This document shows positions 23,001 through 35,000 of a DNA stretch of 64,000 nt, one piece after another. Each line of letters starts with the position of its first letter. The stretch's first letter is position 1. The position numbers were made by a program, and so were the translations under genes. The notes beneath the pieces are model-generated. The model had not been told where the DNA came from, made no database searches, and saw only the letters and a program-made list of their open reading frames with translations. Source of the DNA: Cyanophora paradoxa CCMP329 (taxonomy: Eukaryota; Plantae; Glaucophyta); assembly GCA_004431415.1 (NCBI GenBank), contig QPMI01000579.1:124001-188000 (forward strand), written 5' to 3'.

Positions 23001-26000
23001 AACCGTCGAGATGTTCGCGCGATTGCTGACGACGGGGTCCGCCACCGAGACCACCTTCGGCACTGCGCCGCCCGGGCTCAGTCGGGCGAAACGGTTTACG
23101 CTGCCGACGCAGCGGGGCCTGCGCTAGTCTCTCCCCGCGCAGCGCGAGTGGCGGCTTGATCTCACCTTCTGCGTTCACCACCCGGACGGCGTCGTCGAGC
23201 TTCGCCGTCCCCTGCACCGGCGACACGACCTGCGGCACTCCGTCGGCCCAGCCCGCCCACCGCGGAAGCTGCGCCCGGCGCCGCGCACCCGCAGGTCGTA
23301 CACGCCGGGCGGGGCGCCGGCCAGCACCGTGAACTCCAGCGTGTCGTTTGTGCCCGGCACCGGCCGCACGCCCGCCACCGCACACGGGCCCAGCGTGACC
23401 GTCGCGTTCGCGAGCGCCGCGGCGTCCTCGATGCCGGCAACACGGACGTAGGTCGTGCTGTTCGCTCGTGTGGACAGTACGCTGTCTTGCACGCCGAGCG
23501 GGTTCAGAGCAAGCGGGCCGAGGCTCGTCACCGTCAAGGCATCCGGGAGCCGGGCGGCCGGTTGCTGCCCATCAGCAGAGGTGATCACAAGGTCGTACTT
23601 CCCGGGCTGTGCGCCCGCTGTCTGAGCCTGGATTTCAAGCGTGTCGTTGTCTGCAAAACGAAAACGGCCGGTCAGCTCGGCCGGATCGCGGAGCTTTTCT
23701 GCAAAACAAACGTGTACGAAACCATGCGCACCAATGCGTTCAATCTTCAGAATCGGCAGAGATGGATCCGCGAAAAGCCCATGCGGTGCACGGGACCCGT
23801 CTGGAAGCCGCACTGCAGGCCGCAGGCTGACCTCGAGCGGGGCGCTCGTGTTCGGCACCAAGCCAGCCAGCGCCACGAGCGTCGTGAGGTTTGCGCGATT
23901 GCTGACGACGGGGTCCGCCACAGAAACCACCTTCGGCGCTGCGACGCCCGGCCTCGGTCATGCGAAACGATTCGAGCCGCGGACGCGGCGGGGCCTGCGC
24001 TAGTCCCTCCCCGCGCAGCGCGAGTGGCGGCTTTATCTCACCTTCTGCGTCCACCACCCGGACGGCGTCGTCGAGCTTCGCCGTCCCCTGCACCGGCGAC
24101 ACGACCTGCGGCACCCCGTCGGCCCAGCCCGCCCACCGTGGAAGCTGCGCCTGGGGCCGCGCACCCGCAGGTCGTACACGCCGGGCAGGGCGCCGGCCAG
24201 CACCGTGAACTCCAGCGTGTCGTTCGTGCCCGGCACTGGCCGCACGCCCGCCACCGCACACGGGCCCAGCGTGACCGTCGCGTTCGCGAGCGCCGCGGCG
24301 TCCTCGACGCCGGCGACGCGGGCGTAGGTCGTTGTGTTCGCTCGTGCGGACAGTACGCTGTCTTGCACGCCGAGCGGGTTCAGAGCAAGCGGGCCGAGGC
24401 TCGTCACCGTCAAGGCATCCGGGAGCCGGGCGGCCGGTTGCTTTCCATCAGCAGAGGTGATCACAAGGTCGTACTTCCCGGGCTGTGCGCCCGCTGTCTG
24501 AGCCTCGATTTCAAGCGTGTCGTTGTCTGCAAAACGAAAACGGCCGGTCAGCTCGGCCGGATCGCGGAGCTCTTCCGCTAAACAAACGTGTACGAAACCA
24601 TGCGCACCAATGCGTTCAATCTTCAGAATCGGCAGAGATGGATCCGCGAAAAGCCCATGCGGTGCACGGGACCCGTCTGGAAGCCGCACTGCAGGCCGCA
24701 GGCTGACCTCGAGCGGGGCGCTCGTGTTCGGCACCAAGCCAGCCAGCGCCACGAGCGTCGTGAGGTTTGCGCGATTGCTGACGACGGGGTCCGCCACAGA
24801 AACCACCTTAGGCGCTGCGACGCCCGGCCTCGGTCATGCGAAACGATTCGAGCCGTGGACGCGGCGGGGCCTGCGCTATTCCCTCCCCGCGCAGCGCGAG
24901 TGGCGTCCTGAATCGCACCTTCTGCGTCCACCACCCGGACGGCGTCGTCGAGCTTCGCCGTCCCCTGCACCGGCGACACGACCTGCGGCACCCCGTCGAC
25001 CCAGCCCGCCCACCGCGGAAGCTGCGCCCGGCGCCGCGCACCCGCAGGTCGTACACGCCGGGCGGGGCGCCGGCCAGCACGGTGAACTCCAGCGTGTCGT
25101 TTGTGCCCGGCACCGGCCGCACGCCCGCCACCGCACACGGGCCCAGCGTGACCGTCGCGTTCGCGAGCGCCGCGGCGTCCTCGATGCCGGCGATGCGGAC
25201 GTAGGTCGTGGTGTTTGCTCGTGCGGACAGTACGCTGTCTTGCACGCCGAGCGGGTTCAGAGTAAGTGGGCCGAGGCTCGTCACCGTCAAGGCATCCCGG
25301 AGCCGGGCGGCCGCTTGCTGCCCATCAGTCGGGAAAATGACGATCCCATACTTTCCTGGCTTGGCGCCTTCTGTGCTGATCGTGATGTCTACGCTTTCAG
25401 CATCTGTGCGAAATGTTCGTCAGCAGGGCATGCCGCGCAGTTGCAAAACGTATTCCGGATTCTCTGGGACGTTCTTGATGAGGAATGAATTCGCACCGGT
25501 ACGGTTAACTCTAATTATCTCCAAGGAAGGCGTGTCTAGCAAAGCAACCGGCACTTGTTCGCCACTCGCAAGGTTCTGAGAAGGCTTCGCCTCGAGTAGC
25601 AAAGGCATGCTCAAGTTCGCAATGAGGCCCATGACCGTAACGACAGTGGTCAAATTCGCTCCAGCTTTATTGCTGACAACAGGATCCGCCAGACCAAGTA
25701 TTGTTGGTGCTGTAGAAGGCGAACTAATTACGCACTCGTGCTCTCAGAGAAGACAGAAAAACTCCTCACCACTAGCGGCAGTGATAGTGAAAAGACGCGG
25801 CGCAACTGCTGCACCCTGAGCTGGAGAGCGGAGCTGCACCCCGTTGATTAGATAGAGTACTCTGGACCTTATGACTAGCAAGGTCGAGGCAACGAAGAGC
25901 GAACCTTCAGCTCGTACGTCCCCAAAGGTGCGCCCTCCATGATCGTGAAGCCCACTGTAGCGTTGAATCCTTGCTCCAGCCGCACATCGCGGGTCTCTAT

Positions 26001-29000
26001 GTCTCCAAGGAAAACTGTCGCATTCACGAGAGCGTTGCTGTAGCACGGCGAGGACGAGCTGCAGTTCAGCGTGGCCCAGACGCGCGTTGCGATGGTACTC
26101 GAGACCACGTAGTCCGAAACGCTCGAGATCACCAGCTTCGGGCCGTCGAAGACACGCACAGCCGCTGGGATGCGGGCCGAGGTGCCCATCGAGGATGCGA
26201 GCATCAAGTCCCAGAGGCCGACGGGCGCTCCCGCGGGGACATCGAACAGGATAGTGTCGTTCGATTCTGGATACCGCAGACTCTCAAGTGCCGGTCCAGC
26301 GGAGCCCCAAACAATTTCCGGCCGGAAGTAATGGAGATACTCAGGATCAGCATCGACAAAAAGACGAATCGTTTCCCGCGAGCGGTTGCTGATGACTCCG
26401 TAGTCAAAGTTCAAGATTATGGGCGGAGCCACGACGCGGAGGGCGCTTGAGAAGTTGAATTTGCCCATCAACAAGCCTTCGAAAACAACATCAACCTTGC
26501 CTCGCTGCCGGGTAAGGTTGCTTGGGATGGTCACGCGCATGTGCGTGGAGTTAAACGTGTAGCTCGATCTGGGAATCGGGGCTGTGCCGATCGACAGGGA
26601 GACGTTGGTGTCCGTGGCAAGCATGTTGCCGCCGACAATGTCGAGCACAACGCCGTCCCACTGGTCGACGACGACGGCGGGGGAGATCGACCGCATGTAC
26701 ACGGCCCCGAGCACCTCGAACGAGACCGGCATCGCCCGCTCCGCGATCGTGTCCGACATCACCGAGATGTTATAGAGGCCTGCGAGCGCATGCACGCCGC
26801 AATGAATCCCGGGCGCGCTCGATCGCCGCCAGAGCACCCTCGCACCTTCGACCAGCGAGTCGGGCGGAAGGGGCGCGAGGGCGTACGTCGAGTTGATTAC
26901 TGTCAGCGGAACGGGCGCGATCAGCGCCGGCATGACCAGGACGATGCTGGAGTCGTCGACAGGGAAGTCCTTTCCGCGCAGCGTGAGCGTGTATCCCGCC
27001 TGCGATTTTGGAATCGGGAAAAAAATTGACGGGCGACTGTCAGAGAAAGGATATAAACCTGGCTTGATCCTCGCACAGGAGTCACCGAAGTGACAAGCGG
27101 CGCTGCACCCAAAGTAAGTTGCGAATTTTCTATCGGGTAATAAAGAAAGACAGATGATCGCACGAATATACAGCCGCGCGATATCCGGAACGACGAGATC
27201 ATAGAAACCGTCGGCTGTCACGATCAAAGAGTACGCGCCCTGCCGCAGAGCAGAAATGAGGGCTTTTCACGGGCTGCCAATCTACTTGCTCTCGATCGCA
27301 CCGGCTCATACGCTCCCGGCGGCACAATGACGTTCATTAAAGTGTTGCTAACAACGTTCACTGCAGCGGTCAGACGCGAGCCATTCTGCACCGGTTGATA
27401 AAGAGCAGCAGACACAACGCCCACGCCGATGATGTCGCTCAGAGACGAGCCGATAACAGCGAGGACGATGTCGCGATCGATTGATGCAGTGGTCCGTTCA
27501 ACATAGCTTATGCTGAACACGCGCCGTAGATCTAGACTCTCCGAGATTCCAAATGGCGCGCATATGTCGGACATAAAGTTGACATCGTACACTCCAGGCA
27601 CGATTCGTGCTGTGTCGAGGACGAAAGTGATGAGCGACGAGCTGACGATAGTTAGGTTCTGCGGGGTTGGGAACTTGTTATCCGTTATTCGAAGCGAAGT
27701 GTCCGAACGGATGAAATTGGTTCCGTTGACTGAGACGATAGTCGCCAGCGACCCGTTGAAGGACCCGACGGAAGCGGAAACATTGAGAACACGTGGGTCC
27801 GGAACAACGGTTAAAGCAGAAAGAACCGTCTCGTTTGAGGCCACCAAGGGACTGGAAAGAGTAAGCGACGCGGTGCCTAGAGAGATGGTGACCGGCACGT
27901 TGAACGTAGCAATCTCTGCAGACAGGACCGTGACGTTCATCCGCGTCCCGCCAAGCGTGCACGTGATGTTCGGGTCCGAAGGGGGGAATCCCCTGCCGAA
28001 TACGGTGGCGCTGACTCCAGCCATCGCAAGCGAGCGGCTGATAACCGACGGAGAAATAGCAGCGATGGAAATAGCTGCGACGGGATTAAGGTGCTGATGA
28101 ACATCGAGAGGCGGACTAGAAACAAACGCACGCTCGAACACTTGGAAAGCTTTGTCCAAAGAGAACTCGCCGGCGCGCGTAGCAATCTGGAGATCGTACA
28201 CGTCCGGAGGCAGTGCGCGGCGCGGGATGTCCGCATTGAAGGAAATTAGACGCGAGCTTACGACCGTTCCTGATTGAATGAGGGCGGTTTCATAAATACG
28301 AGTGTTTACCGGACGTTCACTTGATCATTCGTGCATGCGCACCGTTAAACCGCGACGATGCTGTGGAATTGCCTACAACAATCTGAACTCTGTACGAGCC
28401 AGCAGAAGTACCGACTGGCCCTGTATCGAACTTCTCGCCGTAGATGAAGCCTTGGGGCGCATCAACGGAGGAGATTGACGGGCTTTCGAGCACTGTGATG
28501 TTAAGTTGAGACACAGCAGTGCCAAACCGCGACGATACAATTGCGATACTGTAGAAACCAGCCGGCAGCTTAGATGGAGTTATAGAGAAAGCGACTTGCG
28601 TGCTTGAAAGCACAGTCACATTGTCCTGTGCTTTAGTAAGCGATGTCCAGTGACTTCGATTTAGGGTCGAATGCAATTAACAAGCGTACCGCTTGTAGCG
28701 TAGTTGAATTTGCACCAAAGCCGCTGCAAATAACCGCCAGAGGTTGAATAGGACTACGATTGCTTGTGTCGTTGCGGTCCGGGAGGAAGCCACTGCCCAC
28801 GATAGAGCCGACGAGTGTGCGATCGTTCAAGAACACATCAGGGGAGACCGAAGATATCGTGGGCGCTGCGATTCGAACTCGGGATTCAGTGTGGTCGGTA
28901 TCAAGCGAGCTTTAGAAACGGAATTCGAAGCCGTGCACCAGGCAGAATCGTGAAAACGTTCGGGAAGTTATCAGAGCCAGTAGAAGAAGAGTTGAGCAGC

Positions 29001-32000
29001 AGAGAGAACGTTCCCGGCTGGAGGGGTCCCTTGGGGAACACGAGCTCGATTGTCTGTCGCGAGACGATGGACACGTTGACCATCGCGTATCCCCCAATGG
29101 TGACCGAGGCCGTGACGTTCTCTCCGAACGGGAAGTTCTCGCCCACGATCGTGATGGAGGCGCCCCCCTCGTTCGCCACCTCGTTCGCGGGGAGGAACTG
29201 CGTTATGTTCGGAGCCTTGCTTATCCGGATGGCGGATGGCAGCGAAGCCGAGCCGACGCGCGCCGACGTGAACTCGAGCGCGTACGTGCTGCGTTCTGGT
29301 CAACCCCAGAAGCAGCAGGGGGGGGGGTGGGGGGGGGGGTCGCACCCTTCTTCCAGAGCGGGGACGATGAAGGCCACCCGGTCAGCATCGATCACGCTAG
29401 CGTTCTTGACTTTCTCGCTTGCATAGGTTTGTTCATTCGTCTGAATAACGTTATGTCGCAATCAGCAGTCCGGCAAGGTTAAAATACTGCGCGCGCAGCC
29501 TCGCTCCCGCTTTGAACTCACAAGCTCGATGTTGATCGTGACGTCCGGCTTGAGGAAGTTGCGGCCCAGAAGGGTGACCTCCACCCCGCCGGCCTCCCGC
29601 ACGGGGCGCGGGACGAGCAGAGCGGAGAGGTTCGCGACAGGGTTCAGCGTGAACGCGCTGGGAAAGGTGAAAGCCCCCCAGCTCGTGTACACGGTGATCG
29701 GGTAGGTCCCGTTCGCGAGATCGCGCGGCATGTCGAAGCTGATCAACGTCTCCGAGGCTTCGTTGATACCTGTAACGTTGTACGGCCCGACCTGTACCGC
29801 GAAACAATGTAATTCAAACCTGCACAAGAAGAATGTTTTGGATCCGGTACCCGTACCTGAACTGCAAGGCTCGGGTCTGGAGTGCTCAAGGACGACATCG
29901 TCAGGTTCACGCTGTGCGAACGCGTTCAGGGTCAGAGCCGAGTAGGACAAGGCGGCCCGCGACGCGGTATGCGCACGTAAAGCCACCGGACACGGGGCCG
30001 TCGGCAGGAACGGCGCGAATGAGGTTCGGAGCTATAGCGATAACGATAAAGAACGCGGTTCGTTAGAGAAAAGGCTGCCAGTGTAAAACCATCGGCGAGA
30101 ATGCGCACGAGGAACAATTTCGAGATGAATGCGCTCGTTGACCAGGCCTGGGCCAGATAGGCGGCTTTCTACTGTCACGTTGTACATTCCCTGATGGGTA
30201 AGACGTCAATTAGCAAATGCAGCGCTGGCGCAAGGATGAAACGAGAGCAGCTCACCGGCGCCATCGCCGCGAGGTTCAGAGAAACGGAGAGCGTGTCGTC
30301 ATCCACCACCACCGCGCGCAAGGTGACCGCCCCCGTCTCGTTCTTGAAAGTGAGCGTTATATTATCCACGGGAATGACTGCACAAGCGCGCAGAGCGTCA
30401 GTGTCGCGCTTCTGAGTTGCTGGCTGGGAGGCGTACCGTTGAAGGCATCCAAGGTGATCTCACGGACACCCGGCGGCCCAGCGGGCAGGATGATGCGCTC
30501 AGAGCTGATAGAGCTCAAAATAATAACGGGGTTGTACACGAATGCGGAAGGAAGTCGAAGATCCGAGTTCGCGAGAGACATTGCGAATACGGAGACATCG
30601 ACGGGGTTTCCGAGCTCGAGCTCCTCGTTGGGAGGAGGCGCGACGGCGACGATCAGTGAGTCGCTGATGATGCGAACCGTACTGCACGCATCGGACCCAA
30701 TGTAGACGGTCAGGGGGTCGCCGAGAGCCGATAAGGCGGAGAACCCGCTGCCAGACAGGGTCACATTGTAGCCTCCGAGCGCTGATCCGTTGCCCGGCGC
30801 AACACCTGACACAACAACCTCTGCGGCACGTGCAAGCGCACTCTCAGGATCTTCGCGTACTGTTTCTGCTCGGGTGATCGAGAAATGTCTACTCACGCGG
30901 CTTTTGCAGAACGGTGAGGCGAGAAGGAACAGCAGCAATGGACGAAGGTTCAAGGTCCCAGCGAAGGTTTACGCTGTAGCTCCCCGCAGGTTTTTCGACA
31001 GGCACAGCGAAATACACGCTGCTCCTGTTCGCGACGTCGTTGAAGATAACTTGAACAGCGTCTACCGCGGATCCATTCAGAGTAACAACGAGATCCGAAG
31101 CCAGCTCCGGCGGCACATAAGCTTAGAAAACGGTCAGGCCTGGGGGGGGAGGGGGGGCGAATATGCACTTCGAAAAGAGATACACGACATACTTTGCATT
31201 GGAATCTCAATGGAAGATCCCAGACCGGCATATATAGCGGACGGCGCCAGCGATGTAGGTTGAAGAGCTGTAGAAGAAATTGAAATTGTCAAACAACGTT
31301 GCCCCCGAGCTCGAACACGAATACGGAAGAGCAAGAATGCACCCGAATAGAAGACAACTTTGCCGGAGAAGGTAAATATGGATGACTCGGCGATGAGCTG
31401 ATAGATGCCGGGAAGCAAGCTAGCAGGCTTCTCGACTATGACCAGAGTCGAGCTCACGACAGTCGCTCCTGCGGGGTAAGCGGTTCCTGCGGTACTCACG
31501 AGCTGTACCCGAAGGCTACCATCCGGGACCACGAAGTCCGTGCCGGAGATGTTCAGGGCGCTCGGGCCGAAGGCGACTCCTGCGCGCGGGGTCGCGGTTT
31601 CATTTTTATCAATCTGAATGAGCGTCTTTCATTATTCAGGTGCACCTGCTACGGTCGCCTCCGGCACGAAATTTGTTGCATCGGGAATGCTGATCACGTC
31701 AGTCCTGTCGCCCACGGTCTGTGTGATTGTTATGCCCGCAGAGCCAGGCTCCACAGTGGCAGCAGCGAGGTCTCCCGACTCGACGTCAGAACCAGATGCC
31801 GTCGCATTTATGACGATCGTGAAGATGATCTCAATTGTTCGGGGCGGGCCGTCATGGACTGTGACTTCGACGAGAGTTCCAACCAGCGGGCCCACAGTGA
31901 TCTCGATGGGGAACAGCGGGTCAATTGTCTCCGCGGTAAAGTTCAGAGAGATGACTATCGGTCTATCGCTGCTGGGTTCGACGGCGCCAATCGATGTGGG

Positions 32001-35000
32001 TGAAACGGTCCAGTTGGCGGGCACGACGGTAGATCCCGAGCTAGTGGATTCAAGACACGCCACGCAGATCGAATCTGCGAAACCTGGAGTGCGGAGCCGA
32101 ACTGAGTGCGTGCCAGGAGGCAGAGTGCCCGGCCGGATCACGACCGCTGCTGTTGTTCCATCGCCAGCGACCACCGCGGGAAGCACAAGCGACGCAATTT
32201 GAACGGTTGTACCAGCATTCGCAAGCAGGTTCTGTCCTTGTATTTCAATAGTTACCCCAAACGTGTAGACGAAGCTCGCCGGAGAAACGGATGCAACAAC
32301 GGGCTGAGGAAGAATGCTGAAGTTGTTCGAGCTGTCAAAGCTCGCAGAGATAGGCGTGTTGAATACAAGCTAGCGAAAATGAAATCAAGACGGATTCCGA
32401 TATACTGAAGAATGTAAGATCGCCATAGGCGAGCAACGAAACGCACGCGAACGATGTAGGCACCAGATGCCAGAGTGCTTGGTACGTCGACAAACCCAGA
32501 GGAGACAGACGCAAAACGGAACTTGGCAGCCGGCACAGTGTTCGCGGGGTCGCCCACAGGTACGAACTCTACGGCGTCGGGCTGCAGCATCTCGCGACCG
32601 CGAAGGGCAATTGTGCCGTTGAATCCAGGGAACGCGTTTGGCGGGCTCACCAGGAACGCCGGCTCTGAGTACGAATCGCCCATGAATATTGAGAGAAGCC
32701 TTTGAAAACAACCCGATAACAGCTCGCTTACTTCCGGCAATAACACCAGCCTGAGAAAGCAGAGTACCGTTGTCGTAAACCTGGATGTGGCCTCTCCCAA
32801 TCGGGTCTGTGCTCTGATTCACGTATGAGTACGCGTCGAGTGTTTCAACGCGGAGATTGTCGACAGCTTGATCCGCCGATGCGGACTGCGCCCCGGTCGA
32901 GGCGTGTAAGCAGTATGTCCAATTTAGATTGTCGGGAGACCAGTTCTTCAGGAGCAGCTGGTTAATCTGCGTGGTGTTCTGAACGCTGACGGAGAGGCGA
33001 GCAGATGTCGACGCATTGGTGCCTGCGGGGCGTATGGCGATGACGATGCGCCGCCAAGCGCGCGTCGGCGTGGATGCCGTGAACGCTTGGCGGAAGAGCA
33101 GGGTCGGTCCAGGATAGTAGACGTGAATAGACTTGTCGGCCGGGGTCACAACAAAACGAACGGTGAGCACGGCCCCAGGGTGGTACAGGAGCCCGTAGTT
33201 CGCTCGCCGGACGAGCTCGGAAACATTCGCCCGCAGCGGAATGTTGCCCATTGAGAAACTCAACCCCTCGCCAGCAGTGGCGCTGGAAGCACCTGAAATG
33301 AGCATGTCGAAGCTGATTGTCTGGAAGCGCGGGATCTTGGCCGGTGAAAAAACGAGCATTCCCGCCTGGTTCACGAGAAGCGTGGTCAGCGACAGGTAGC
33401 CGCCGTCGTTCTCCGAGCGGGCGGCGTGTCCGGAGAGGGCGGCCCGGAAATCCTTGATGAAGGGCAGGGAAAAGTCGGACTGGAAGACAACCGGCGACGG
33501 GAAGAAATCGAAGTCAAAGTCGGCAGCAACATCTCCCCAGTCCGATACGCTCCCGACAAGATTGCCGGTTAGCACAACCCGGGAAGAAGTCGCATCCATG
33601 ATTACGCTTTGGCCCGCCCGTCTAGGAAGTAGTTGCGCCGTCGTGGGCTTGAGAGCCGATGGAGAAACGACGCTCGGCGATACAGTGAGAACCGAAGACG
33701 AGTCCGGCAGGGAACGCGTGGTATTCAGCTCTCGATACGTGCAGCTTGCGCCAGCAGCCGATGCAAACGCAAGTTTCATCGTGTTCGTGGCGTTTGTGGG
33801 TATAGGATCAAGGTCGATGATCTTGAAATCGTCGATCCAGTGCTCGCCCACATAGTACGTGTCGTAGAGCCCGAGGCCTGTGTCGCCAATGACAGCAAAG
33901 TTCCAGTCGCTCGTTGGATTGAAGCCGGGTAGCTGGACACCGTTCATGATGATCTTGCCGTCCCGCCACATTTTCAGCGACGCATAACGCTCGGTCCTGC
34001 CGTACCACGTTCTCCGAACGATGTCGCTCTGGACACGGATGCGGATGTTCATCCACTTGCCGGCAGCCGGCCGGACTCCTCCCCAGGCAAAGCCGCGGTA
34101 GCGCTCGGCCGGGTAGTAAGCGTAAATGTAGTCCCAAATCGTCATCCAAGAGATGCTCAGGCCGTTACCAGCCGCGTTGAGATTCGCGAGCCACCACCTA
34201 CGCGTGCTCAAATAGCGGTTGATGTTCGCACAGGGGGTGAGGGTCGAACCAGTTCCACGAGAATTTCATCTGAGCATCGATGCTGGGTTCGAGCGAGATT
34301 CCGGGTCCGTCTGCAATTTCGATTTCAGCTTCAGCCTGTTCCAAGGAAGCGGGAAGAGGCTGTCTACCACTTACATGCAAATACAACACCCTTGCCACGC
34401 CCGACAACGCGCATCTTGAACGAAACTAGCGGGAAACAAAGTTCGATTGCGAAAGCTGCGAAAATGGCGCGGCGAGTTGCAGACCTTCGAAAGAGCGTGG
34501 CTTCACCGGCGGGCTGACGACGAACCATCCCTGCTGCTTCTCCTTAAACTCCGTAAGGCGGAGCGATCCGTTGACGACCTTTGCTGAGCCGAACATCGAC
34601 GAGCGGTAGTAGCGGGAAAGCCACTCCACGCTCGGACTGCTCGTGTTGAAGTCGGCTTCGTACAAGACGCGAGTTGAGGAGATGCCGAGGGTGAAGTTGA
34701 AACTGGGAGGCGCATCGCTCGAGCGGTTCAGCGGGAGGATCTCGGAGACGAGGCCCCTGTAGAAGCCGCCTACGGTGATCTCCAGGGCGCGGCCCTCCCC
34801 GTTGGTGGGCACGTTGTCCAGCCGCGGCTCGAAGGAGCACATCATCGCCGACCGCGGCACGTCCATCGACGCCGCGGCCTGCAGCGAGATCCGGGAGGCG
34901 GACCAGCCGCGGAGCCCGCAAGTGAGGACGCTCGTCTCGTCCGCTTCGCAGGGAGTGAGCGGCAGAAGTACACAATCGCAAAGAGGGAGACGCACCTCCC

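Larger units (their letters stand above)
9906..32750 (-). other. Long stalk of IPT/TIG-like immunoglobulin-fold repeats (dozens of domains)
   Basis: Recurrent P.I.SVSP..G...GG..ITI.G.NF...V..G...(P)G.YD..V pattern, e.g. RIDSVWPQRGPSAGSMTVTI, VSGVAPGNGSALGGYNVTLSGSGF, ANEGGASITIVGENF. Confidence 0.75.

Noticed and set aside
12748-25330. CRISPR-like or MIMIVIRE-like array (repeats plus a foreign 'spacer')
   Set aside because: The units are 880-bp coding repeats, only one carries foreign DNA, and no cas, nuclease or integrase gene is in the window.
28815-29426. 203-aa ORF listed on the - strand in the track
   Set aside because: Its translation matches the + strand sequence at 28815 (GTGTGCGATCGT...), so it is an antisense shadow of IPT exons with an apparently wrong strand label.
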